Shown piece after piece: positions 1 to 9,084 of a DNA stretch of 64,000 nt; the stretch's first letter is position 1, and every line of letters starts with the position of its first letter. Location: positions 1,280,001 through 1,344,000 of the forward strand of contig CBDBCZ010000019.1 in the NCBI GenBank assembly GCA_965203295.1, written 5' to 3'. Made by a program: the position numbers and the translations under genes. The stretch is from Nitrospirales bacterium. GTDB lineage: Bacteria; Nitrospirota; Nitrospiria; Nitrospirales; UBA8639. The notes below the pieces were generated by a model. It searched no databases, was not told the origin of the DNA, and saw only the letters and a list, made by a program, of their open reading frames with translations.

Positions 1-2
1 TG

Positions 3-137
3 AAACACCACATCTTGACCCCGCAAGAAGAAACGCTGAAGAAACAACTCCAGATAGAAAAACTCGGCAAGAAGGACCGGATGGCCGACCTGATACGTCG
101 GTATAGAACGTCTCAGGAAGAGAATGCCACGCCGTAA
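3..137 (+). CDS. 3' part of a small helical protein, probably DUF465/YdcH family (truncated by window start)
   Basis: Manual translation of frame 3: KHHILTPQEETLKKQLQIEKLGKKDRMADLIRRY...*; the LTPxEE...KxLxxKD pattern resembles DUF465. Confidence 0.55.
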   Translation, partial: KHHILTPQEETLKKQLQIEKLGKKDRMADLIRRYRTSQEENATP

Positions 138-208
138 CAAATGGTAGACTGAAAGACTCGAATGCGATGAAGTCACATGTCTGATGATGTAAGAGGATAT
201 ACGTAGAG

Positions 209-997
209 ATGGCCTCAATTGTTCATCCCCTGAATCGCCATATTTCCGATTTAAAGCGGCGTCTGTTGATCATTGGGGCCACGATCATGGTGGCCTTTGT
301 GGTTGCGTTTACTTTTTCAGCTGATCTGATCGAATGGTTTAAACGGCCGTTTGCCGATGACCTACTTTTTTATGGACCGGCGGAAGCATTATTCGCCTCA
401 ATCAAACTTTCCTTTATGGCAGGAATTATTGCTAGTTTTCCGGTCATTCTTCATCAATTCTGGCGTTTTATTCAGCCCGCGCTGTTACATGCTGAGCAAC
501 GATGGGCTATTCCTTTATTTTTGTTGGCATCAGGATTTTTTGGTCTTGGGTTAGTATTTTGCAATCTGGTTATTCTTCCCCTTGTCATCGATTTTTTTGT
601 GAGCTTTGGGTTAGAGCGGGAGTTGACCCCTGAATTAGCCGTCGGAACCTATGTTGATTTTAATATTCGATTTCTCTTGATCTTTGGGTTTGCCTTTGAA
701 CTTCCTTTAGCGATGACATTGCTGTCCAGGACGAAATTAGTGGACTCAGCTTTGTTCGTTCGGTATCGAAAGCACGCCGTGATGGTGGCCCTTATTTTGT
801 CGGCAGTCATCACACCTGATGCGACGTTATTCACCATGATGTTGATGGCCGGTCCTCTGATTGTGTTGTATGAAATCGGGATTATAGGGTGTAAATTATT
901 TGGACGACCCGTCAAAGCTGACGCGAAAGATACATCTGAGGGTGAAGAAGAAGATACCTCGGCCTCCACTGGGACAGCTGGGCATCGTGTACGGTGA
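209..997 (+). CDS. tatC: Twin-arginine translocase subunit TatC (copy 1)
   Basis: PLxxHIxDLKRRL N-terminus, WRFIxPAL, FELP, YRKHA, SAVITPD motifs, about 6 TM helices. Confidence 0.92.
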   Translation: MASIVHPLNRHISDLKRRLLIIGATIMVAFVVAFTFSADLIEWFKRPFADDLLFYGPAEALFASIKLSFMAGIIASFPVILHQFWRFIQPALLHAEQRWAIPLFLLASGFFGLGLVFCNLVILPLVIDFFVSFGLERELTPELAVGTYVDFNIRFLLIFGFAFELPLAMTLLSRTKLVDSALFVRYRKHAVMVALILSAVITPDATLFTMMLMAGPLIVLYEIGIIGCKLFGRPVKADAKDTSEGEEEDTSASTGTAGHRVR

Positions 998-2081
998 TGG
1001 AGCAAATGACTTTATCTTGGGACAAGGTGGCAAAAAAGATTGTGTGTCTCGTGGGGTGGTCGTTGCTCTGCGGGTGCCTCCTTGTCGTGGGGAAGAGCCA
1101 AGCATGGGCTCAAGGTCACGGGTTCCCGTTTGAAGGTCCCTACGTCCAGGCAGCTCCAAGTATTCAAGCCTTAGTCGTGACGGATACAGAAGTGGTGTAT
1201 GCCGGCTCATTTGGGATGGGAATTTTCCGAAGTGAGGATCAGGGACTCACCTGGCACTCTGTTAACGAAAGGTTGGGTGATGATTATGTGCTGTGCCTCG
1301 CTGTTGATGAACAGAGTAGGGTCTATGCCGCGACAATCCGAGGAGGGGTTTTTCGGACTGTTCGTGGAGGGACTCAATGGGAGTCGATAAGCCAGGGATT
1401 GAAACGTGTCGAAGTCAAATCTCTTCTTGCCCATAACAAGACGATTTATGCCGGGACAGGTCGTGGTGTGTATCGGTGGCAGGAAAATGCGCATGAGTGG
1501 GGTACGGTAGCCAAAGGCCTCGACCAGATTTTGGTCTCAAGTATGGTGATGGTTGGGGACCATACCCTGATGGTTGGAACATCGGGAAAAGGGCTTTTTC
1601 AACTGGATACGCGAACACAGAGTTCAACGGATTGGACTCCTATGGGCGAAACGTTTGTGGATCCTAAGGAACGTCTCACTCATCGGTTTATTCGGATTGT
1701 CGCGGTCGGAAAAGATTTACAAATTTACGCTGGCACTCAGGATGGTGGAATTTTCACCAGTGTCGATGGAGGAAATTCTTGGAAGCCAGTCGGACGGTCG
1801 TTGCCGAATGATTCGATTCGAGGGATTGTGCCAACAGGGTTGGGTCTCTTTGTGGCGACGGGGCGGGGCATTTACAAATCAAATGATGGACAGAGCAAAT
1901 GGCTTCCCATGAATGATGGATTGACCGAACTGTCCGTTCAAGTGCTTATTGCTGCTAGCCCGAACACATTGTTTGCTGGAACAGTGTTGGAGCGTTTAGG
2001 AGTGATGATGGGGGAAGGCAGTGGGTTAATGTCAGTAAAGGTATGGGTATCCAGGCTTCAGCGCCTCATCCGTATTTTTAA
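994..2081 (+). pseudogene. Secreted BNR/Asp-box beta-propeller (Ycf48/VPS10-like), frameshifted near the 3' end
   Basis: Signal peptide ending AWA; repeated S-x-D-x-G-x-(T/S)-W boxes; a last box (SVGAFRSDDGGRQW...HPYF*) continues in a shifted frame from about 1983. Confidence 0.75.
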
Positions 2082-2119
2082 TGTTTTTCTGTATATCTAG
2101 GTTTTGAAGGAGATTGATA

Positions 2120-2644
2120 ATGAGCGAGCCATCCGCGAATGCAGACACGCGCGCAACGATTACAGTCACTCAGGAGTCGGATGAGTGGGGACAAGTCGTT
2201 CTTCGTTTTTATCCTGATGTGGCCCCTAATCATGTTCGTAATTTTTGTAAATTAGCCCAAGAAGGGTTTTACGATGGAACCACGTTTCATCGAGTTATCC
2301 CGGGCTTTATGATCCAGGGAGGAGATCCCAATAGTAAAAACCCAGACCGGTCACAACACGGAATGGGCGGGCTTGGACACCGAGTTTCAGCCGAGTTTAA
2401 TAAGATGCCACACAAACGCGGGGTTCTTTCCATGGCAAGAGCCCAAGATCCTAATAGCGCTGGTTCCCAATTCTTTATTTGTGTGGCTGATTCTTCGTTC
2501 CTGAATGGTCAATACACGGCATTTGGAGAAGTGGTGAGTGGGATGGAGATTGTGGATAAAGTGGTCCAATCCAAACGGGATGACCGTGATAACCCGCTTG
2601 CTCGTATTGAAATGAAGGTCCACCTCTCTGAAACTGCTCCATAA
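2120..2644 (+). CDS. Cyclophilin-type peptidyl-prolyl cis-trans isomerase
   Basis: FYDGTTFHRVIPGFMIQGGDP, SMARA, SAGSQFFI, YTAFGEV motifs. Confidence 0.95.
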   Translation: MSEPSANADTRATITVTQESDEWGQVVLRFYPDVAPNHVRNFCKLAQEGFYDGTTFHRVIPGFMIQGGDPNSKNPDRSQHGMGGLGHRVSAEFNKMPHKRGVLSMARAQDPNSAGSQFFICVADSSFLNGQYTAFGEVVSGMEIVDKVVQSKRDDRDNPLARIEMKVHLSETAP

Positions 2645-2869
2645 ATGTGGAAGTTGGTTCCTAGTGGAAGGCTGAGAACGCGATCTTCAAACAGGCATGG
2701 TATTCGTTGCCAATGTTTGTATGTAAGTGCAGAAGACAAATATGACATGGTAAGGACCTCAAACCCTTGCCCGTTTCTCCATCCATAGCTAGCTAGAACC
2801 CCTATTTTTTCTTAGACCTCCTATCTCTTTTTACAACTTTCTTAGAAAAATCCTTCTAACAGGGGGGCT

Positions 2870-3247
2870 TTACCATAGAACTCTATCAGGCAAATCGAGA
2901 TAAATGGCCCAGGCCAAAAGGAGAGAAAAGAGCGCTGTTCCCCAACAGAGAAAACGCCTTCTTGAAGGGGACGGATTTAAGGCGTTTGATTCCCAATGTC
3001 CATGTTGCCACCGAGTTCCCAGCCATAGAAGGTTGGAAAGGAGCAGACTGCTTAGGAAAGTCCAAACGCCTTTCCAGATAATCGTCGAGAGAGATTCTGT
3101 TGGAGCATCAACATAGTTCAAAGAAAGAACGACGAGAAATACCAAAACCATTCCACCATAAAACTGAGATTTCGTCACAATCAGAAATTCCTTAGACAAA
3201 AATGTATATGTGGAATGTCCCAACTCTTTGACAGGGTGGCCTAACAA
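2870..3247 (-). CDS. Hypothetical membrane protein (about 3 TM segments); start uncertain
   Basis: ORF with three hydrophobic stretches, no recognised motif. Confidence 0.4.
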   Translation of the reverse strand: MLGHPVKELGHSTYTFLSKEFLIVTKSQFYGGMVLVFLVVLSLNYVDAPTESLSTIIWKGVWTFLSSLLLSNLLWLGTRWQHGHWESNALNPSPSRRRFLCWGTALFSLLLAWAIYLDLPDRVLW

Positions 3248-3294
3248 CTGAAGTTGGTCAATGCTGAACGGATGAAGAGCGTGCCTGCCGACGA

Positions 3295-3744
3295 TTATTT
3301 CTCAGCGATTGCTCGCCTGAAATCTTTCAAGAATTTGCCGGGAATCACAATCTTGCAAGCAACATGATCTTGGACTGATTTTTTGTGGAAGTGTCTGGTG
3401 CTCCACGTCACGAGATAATCCACACCCGCTTTACGAGCTGCTGCCAGAATGGGGGCGTCCTTTCGGTTGATAATTTCAATCGCCCGCTCTATTTCCTCAG
3501 TGACCGGGTCTTCAATGACTCGTGGGGAGAGATGGCGCAGCAAGTCCCGGTACTCGGGAACCAAAGCGGGCAGCTTGTCCGAAAGATTTCGATCAGCTTT
3601 GGTGAGAACCTGTCTGGAGATGACGAGATCAACTACCCGTGCTTCACATAAGCGGAGCAGCTCATGTGCGGCTCCTGTGGGAGATATGATCCCTGCAATC
3701 AAGGCGCTGGTATCGAGAAAGACTGCCCATCGCCTACGCTCCAT
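3295..3744 (-). CDS. PIN-domain (VapC-like) toxin, possibly attenuated
   Basis: VFLDTSALIA, KDAPILAAA, DYLVT motifs; overlaps the upstream antitoxin. Confidence 0.85.
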   Translation of the reverse strand: MERRRWAVFLDTSALIAGIISPTGAAHELLRLCEARVVDLVISRQVLTKADRNLSDKLPALVPEYRDLLRHLSPRVIEDPVTEEIERAIEIINRKDAPILAAARKAGVDYLVTWSTRHFHKKSVQDHVACKIVIPGKFLKDFRRAIAEK

Positions 3745-3997
3745 AGCGTTCTTTGGTGTACCGACTGCGCTGACGGTCTAGGTCAGCCAAGAGGTCTTCG
3801 ACGTCCAGTCCGGTCTTTTTCATGGCGCGCTGTGCTTTCTTGGCAACTGCATCCACCCTTAAGATCTGTGGCGTTAAGAGGAGCGCATCGCCGACCTTCA
3901 CAATAGTTAAAGGCGCCTCATCCTCGATGTGGAGATCCTTTCTCAGGGACGCTGGAATGGTCAGTTGGCCTCGCCCTCTGACTTTGACAATAGACAT
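3734..3997 (-). CDS. AbrB/MazE/SpoVT-family antitoxin
   Basis: MSIVKVRGRGQLTIPASLRKDLHI swapped-hairpin signature; GGAGG RBS upstream. Confidence 0.88.
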   Translation of the reverse strand: MSIVKVRGRGQLTIPASLRKDLHIEDEAPLTIVKVGDALLLTPQILRVDAVAKKAQRAMKKTGLDVEDLLADLDRQRSRYTKERYGA

Positions 3998-4015
3998 CGA
4001 CAAACCTCCAGATCT

Positions 4016-4069
4016 ATATTTCAGAAAATATCTGAATATCAGAATATCGCACACTCACCGCCTTGTCAA
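4016..4069 (-). promoter_or_regulatory. Sigma70-type promoter of the TA operon with overlapping operator-like repeats
   Basis: Minus strand TTGACA(4069-4064)-N17-TATTCT(4046-4041); GATATT repeats overlapping and following the -10, and a TTCAGA-N5-TCTGAA palindrome (4020-4036). Confidence 0.65.
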
Positions 4070-4349
4070 GCCCTCCTTGAGAAGATCTTGTCATAATCTA
4101 TCCGTTGGCAGTCTTGAACTGAGGTTAGAACCGATGGCGAAGTCTTTCGATTAAGCCGATGGAGGCCGTTCGCCCTACGCTTGAAAGCAGGATGTGCGGT
4201 ATCGCTCGCTCAGGGAAAGAGATTTTGATCTGGGGCCGCCACCAGAGTCAGAGAAAAGCATTAATCGCCGGCCATCAAGCGACGGGCGCTCGAGTATTCG
4301 AAAACGTGTCAAAATCGTAACGACACCCGACTTCACTGACCAATTGTTC

Positions 4350-4525
4350 AGCAACATCTTTAGCCGCATAACATCACCAGCAAGCAGGACCTTAAAGGCG
4401 CGGTGATTCGTTTAGAAGACTTTATTCAGGAGAAGACGGCTACACTTTCAGTGACACTGGATCAACTTTACGAAACACCAGGGAAGGGGAGGGAAGCGGA
4501 AGCCTTTGATCTGTCGAGGAATTAG
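4350..4525 (+). pseudogene. C-terminal remnant of a tyrosine integrase abutting the tRNA 3' end
   Basis: With one frameshift reads NIFSR(Y)NITSKQDLKGAVIRLEDFIQEK...LSRN*, resembling the FxRYNIxxxxDL tail of phage integrases; stop is 1 nt from the tRNA CCA. Confidence 0.6.
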
Positions 4526-4526
4526 T

Positions 4527-4602
4527 TGGAGCTGGCGAGAGGAATCGAACCTCCAACCTGCGGTTTACAAAACCGCTGCTCTGCCGATTGAGCTACGCCA
4601 GC
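4527..4602 (-). tRNA. tRNA-Thr (anticodon TGT), CCA encoded
   Basis: Reverse complement GCTGGCGTAGCTCAATCGGCAGAGCAGCGGTTTTGTAAACCGCAGGTTGGAGGTTCGATTCCTCTCGCCAGCTCCA folds as a 76-nt cloverleaf. Confidence 0.97.
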
Positions 4603-4707
4603 CTGTTGGTCAAGTATGCTACCATATTAAAATTCTAGGTCATAGGCTTTCATGATTCGCAATATTGAGTTGTTTAGAGTCAAAGAAAGGAATGCTCAAA
4701 ATACGGT

Positions 4708-5664
4708 TCAGTTCATTTCGAGCAAGACTTTTAAGGTTCCCTTTTCGTGGCATGTTCAAACGCCTCAAGCGCTTGGTTGAGAGGATATTGGGCTTGAATA
4801 AGGGGCTGGACGGTCACGAGATGTTCCTTCAGGAGACGAATTGCCGGGGCAAAAGGACCACAGCGAGATCCAATAATCGTAATTTCGTTAATCACCAACT
4901 CTGTCATATTCAGTGTCATCGGACCGTGATACGTCGATTTGAGGACAATGCATCCACGAGGACGTACATACTGATTTGCTAGAATCAAACCCTCCGGAGT
5001 TCCCGTAGCTTCAATAATGATATCCAGCCCTTCTGTAAGCTCCGTTGGTTGAGTGGCCACACGAATCCCACGTTTTTCAAGAATTCCTAGTTTGGCTGGA
5101 TGATGACCTATGACAGTCAAGTCACATCCCGTCAATTGGAGAATTTGAGCGCACAGTAACCCCAGCTTTCCATCTCCTATGACTAACACACGGTCTTTCG
5201 GTTTAACGGGCACTTCTTGCGTGATTTGGCATGCTGCCGCGAGTGGTTCAATAAATATCGCTTCCTTAGTCATCAATTTCATCGGGAACGAGGTGAAGGT
5301 TTTCTATAGGTAACATGACGTATTCGGCGAAGGCTCCATCCCGTCCATTGATCCCCAACGTTGTTCGATGTGGGCAATGGGTCGGTCTTTCAGCTAGACA
5401 GGTTGGGCAGGTCCGGCAGGCCGCGTTGATTTCTCCTACTACTCTCGACCCGACGAGTTCAGGATGTTGTTCTGCTATTTCGACGATCCCGACGAATTCA
5501 TGTCTTAAAACTCCGGTAAAGCCCATATATCCCAGAACGATTTGAAGATCGGTAGAGCAAATACCAGCCTTGCGGACCTTTATCAACGCTTCTCCAGGCG
5601 GAGGGCAGGGGAGTGGCCTGTTGGTATCCAAAAAAAGGGATTCATGTAAAACAAAGGCTTGCAT
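4708..5664 (-). pseudogene. Zn-dependent alcohol dehydrogenase (MDR family), two frameshifts
   Basis: GICSTD, (G>R)HEFVG, CRTCPTC-x7-C, GDGKLG; split at about 5268 (extra T) and about 4740. Confidence 0.85.
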
Positions 5665-5927
5665 GGGGGATTCTTGAAAGGGCGTCCTTTGCCTAAACGC
5701 ATCCAATTTCTGCTAAACTATACATGTCATCGCTTCTTTCCTTAAAGGTCTCGTCTTGACTTTGAAGGAGGAGGAGGAATTAGTGTAAAATCGAAAGGTT
5801 TTCATCCTGAAAGCTTAAAAGACCCGCCGGTTTGGAAAGATAAAGGAGACGAATTGCTAAAAAACTCCTTTATTCTCATTGTGACCCACGGATTTGATGA
5901 ATCTTACACTGAAGGAAAATATTTCAC

Positions 5928-7442
5928 ATGACTGAAAAATTCAAACATGGAGGTTGGGGAGTGCGCAACGTTTCGTTAAAAACAATTCCCATGATCCTTT
6001 TGTTCGTAGTGCTGGTTGGAGGGCTTTCAATCATCACCACTGTCTCCCTTGGACTTCCTGCCCATGCTGGAGTGCCAGAAGCCTTTGCCAATGGCTTTTC
6101 TGAAATCGTGGAGAAAGTTCAACCAGCGGTAGTGAATGTTGCTGTGAGTGATCGAGGACAAGGAGGATCTCGGCGGTTGCCACCAGGGCCCTTTGGGGGA
6201 CCGCCAGGTCAGCCGCCTCTTCCACCACCGGAGCCTCCTAGGCGTCCTCCTGGACCTCCCGGAATGAGTGCGGGATCCGGCGTGATCATAGATCCCGCAG
6301 GATACATTGTGACCAACAATCATGTAGTCGAAAATGCGAACTCCATTAATGTCACGACCAGTGAAGGTCGCGAGTATTCAGCGAAGATCATAGGAACGGA
6401 CCCCAAAACGGATCTTGCTGTTATTAAAATTGAGAAAGCGGGAGAGAATCTCCCATTCATTCCCTGGAGTCAACAGAAAGAGCTTCGCGTAGGAGACGTC
6501 GTTTTAGCCTTAGGCAGTCCTTTTGGGCTGCGTTCTACGGTGACGATGGGCATTATCAGTGCTTTGGGTCGTGGAAATGTGGGCATTACTGAATACGAGG
6601 ATTTTATCCAGACTGATGCGCCCATTAATCCAGGGAATTCTGGTGGTCCTTTAGTGAATATGAAGGGCGAAGTTATCGGGATCAATACGGCGATTTTTTC
6701 CAGAACTGGTGGGTCTGAAGGAATTGGATTCGCCATTCCGGTGACGATTGCCGAGGATATTACCGGTAGTCTGATCAAAAGCGGAAGAGTCACACGAGGT
6801 TGGATGGGAATCGCTATCCAAGAGTTGACGCCGGCTTTGTCTCAATCGTTCCAGTTGCCGGAAGATCACAGTGGAGGAGTGTTGATTAGTGAGGTACATG
6901 AAGATGGCCCCTCTGCTATGGGAGGGTTACAACGAGGGGACATTTTGTTGGAGTATCAAGGAAATAAACTCAAGGATGTGAATCACCTTCGGCATATTGT
7001 GGCTCGAACCAAAGTCGGGGATGAGGTCCCAATCAAAATTCTTCGTGATGGGCAAGAAAAATTGATCACGGTTACCGTTGGGGAGCGCCCATCTGATGAG
7101 ATGTTGGCGCGGGGAGGGATGCCCGCACCGTCAAAATCTTTAGAAGCATTGAATAATGTTCTCGCAGGTCTCTCTGTCGAGCCGCTTACAGCGGAAAAGA
7201 AAAAACAGCTCAATCTCTCCGAAGGTGCGGCCGGTGTAGTCGTCAAAGAAGTGAAGGCTGGAAGCGCTGTAGAAGAGGCTGGGTTACAACCTGGGGATAT
7301 CATTCAGGAAGTGAACCGCGAGGTCGTGAAGAATTTGAGTGATTACGAGAATATTGCCTCCAAAATCGAAAAAGAGGCATTGGTTGTTCTCTTGCTCAGT
7401 CGGAGGGGAAATAATCTCTTCGTGGCAGTCAATCCAAAATAA
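5928..7442 (+). CDS. degP: DegP/HtrA (Do-family) serine protease with two PDZ domains; real start may be GTG 5961
   Basis: TNNHVV, TDLAVIK, QTDAPINPGNSGGPL triad motifs; N-terminal signal/TM; PDZ domains. Confidence 0.92.
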   Translation: MTEKFKHGGWGVRNVSLKTIPMILLFVVLVGGLSIITTVSLGLPAHAGVPEAFANGFSEIVEKVQPAVVNVAVSDRGQGGSRRLPPGPFGGPPGQPPLPPPEPPRRPPGPPGMSAGSGVIIDPAGYIVTNNHVVENANSINVTTSEGREYSAKIIGTDPKTDLAVIKIEKAGENLPFIPWSQQKELRVGDVVLALGSPFGLRSTVTMGIISALGRGNVGITEYEDFIQTDAPINPGNSGGPLVNMKGEVIGINTAIFSRTGGSEGIGFAIPVTIAEDITGSLIKSGRVTRGWMGIAIQELTPALSQSFQLPEDHSGGVLISEVHEDGPSAMGGLQRGDILLEYQGNKLKDVNHLRHIVARTKVGDEVPIKILRDGQEKLITVTVGERPSDEMLARGGMPAPSKSLEALNNVLAGLSVEPLTAEKKKQLNLSEGAAGVVVKEVKAGSAVEEAGLQPGDIIQEVNREVVKNLSDYENIASKIEKEALVVLLLSRRGNNLFVAVNPK

Positions 7443-7518
7443 ACTGAGGATGCAACAACAGTTGTTCTGAAGTAACGTTACCCTTAATCCCTTTGGAGGA
7501 AATCAAAAGGTCCATCAT

Positions 7519-8469
7519 ATGGCTGAGCAGTCTCGATTAAGAAAGTGGTTACAAGACTCTGTCTTTAAACCCTTTGAAGACAAAAAAATGCCGGTGATGG
7601 CCCATCTCCATGAATTTCAAGTCGGGCTCACCAAAATTGTGGTGGTGGTGGCACTCTTTTTTGTCGGGACATTTTTTTATGCGGATACCTTGGTGCAATG
7701 GTTACGTGTACCCCTTCAAAATTCTTTTATTCTGGATTCGATGGAATGGGTTCCGACAGACCTTCCTAAAATCCCCTTTGTATTTCTCTCCCCTGCCGAA
7801 GCTCTCTGGCAAAACCTGAAGGTGGCTGCACTTTTTGCATTGGTCCTTTCGACTCCCTATATTCTTTGGGAAATATGGCATTTTATTGTTCCTGGGCTCC
7901 ATGTCCAAGAGCGACGATTCGTCGCCCCTTTTGTGGCGACGAGTGCGGTCGCTTTTTACCTTGGGCTCGGGTTTTGTTTCTTTTTTGTGTTGCCGTTTGC
8001 TCTGAACTTTCTCATCTCCTATGGTGTGGTGGCCGGCTTTATTCCCACATTGTCAATCGCGAGTTATGTGGGGTTCGCCCTCTGGTTTTTGTTGATCTTT
8101 GGCCTGATCTTCGAAGTGCCTTTGGCGATTACCCTCATGGCCAAACTTGGTTGGGTCGATGCTCCGTTCCTAAAAAAATACCGGAAATGGGCGTTTCTTG
8201 GGGCCTTTCTTTTTGCGGCGATATTAACCCCGACACCTGATCCGTTTAATCAGTGCCTCATGGCCTTGCCCATGTACTTTTTTTATGAAGTGGGTATTAT
8301 TAGTGCTGGAATTTTTTATAAGAAGAAACCACAAGAGGGAGAGGCATCGGATTCGGCCGTGCCGCAGGATTCGCCTCCTGGTGGGGGAGTGTTACGTCCT
8401 AAACCTGTAGGAACCCCAGGCGGAGGGGATGATGATTATGTCAGCGTTCCTGATTCGGGCACTCGATAA
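7519..8469 (+). CDS. tatC: Twin-arginine translocase subunit TatC (copy 2)
   Basis: MPVMAHLHE, WHFIVPGL..ERRF, FEVP, AAILTPTPD motifs. Confidence 0.92.
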   Translation: MAEQSRLRKWLQDSVFKPFEDKKMPVMAHLHEFQVGLTKIVVVVALFFVGTFFYADTLVQWLRVPLQNSFILDSMEWVPTDLPKIPFVFLSPAEALWQNLKVAALFALVLSTPYILWEIWHFIVPGLHVQERRFVAPFVATSAVAFYLGLGFCFFFVLPFALNFLISYGVVAGFIPTLSIASYVGFALWFLLIFGLIFEVPLAITLMAKLGWVDAPFLKKYRKWAFLGAFLFAAILTPTPDPFNQCLMALPMYFFYEVGIISAGIFYKKKPQEGEASDSAVPQDSPPGGGVLRPKPVGTPGGGDDDYVSVPDSGTR

Positions 8470-8494
8470 CCCTCTCGAGCTTGTGTAATGAACC

Positions 8495-8974
8495 GTGGTA
8501 CAAGTTGCCGTTGTTGTGATCAGCAGCAAGGTTTTTTCAGGTAAATCCTCGGACAAAGGACGAGAAGAGCTCACGCAGTTTCTGGAACATCACGATGCTA
8601 AAGTCGTGAGTTATGAGGTTATCCCAGATGAAAGGTATCAGATAAAAAATCGGCTCTGTCATTTGGCTGATCAGGCAGAAGCTCAGATCATTTTGACTGT
8701 TGGAGGAACTGGGGTCCGGCCTACCGATTGGACCCCAGAAGCCACACGGGAAGTCATTGACAAGGAAATTCCAGGAATTGGTGAGGCGATGCGGTTCGAA
8801 AGCCTAAAAAAGGTTCGGACAGCAATGCTTTCCCGTGGGATTGCTGGTATTCGTCACACGACTTTGATTATTAACCTCCCTGGGAGTCCCAAAGGCGCAA
8901 AGGATAATCTTGCAGTGGTGTGGCCTATCTTGGATCATACGGTAGAGAAGTTATCTGGCTCGTCCAACATGTAA
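8495..8974 (+). CDS. Molybdopterin adenylyltransferase, MogA/MoaB family
   Basis: VIPDE, TVGGTG..PTDWTPEAT, AMLSRG, INLPGSP. Confidence 0.92.
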   Translation: MVQVAVVVISSKVFSGKSSDKGREELTQFLEHHDAKVVSYEVIPDERYQIKNRLCHLADQAEAQIILTVGGTGVRPTDWTPEATREVIDKEIPGIGEAMRFESLKKVRTAMLSRGIAGIRHTTLIINLPGSPKGAKDNLAVVWPILDHTVEKLSGSSNM

Positions 8975-9084
8975 GCATGTAAGATGGAATAGACCATGTG
9001 TTCTCGGCTGGAATGTTTTCCACATTGTCTAATCTGGAAAACTTGACGAAGTGAGGAAATTAACAACTTATTTTGGAGGATAGC

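Noticed and set aside
2645..4350. Second att site (duplicated tRNA-Thr 3' end) delimiting the island
   Set aside because: No convincing copy of TGGAGCTGGCGAG was found; the island's left boundary is undefined.
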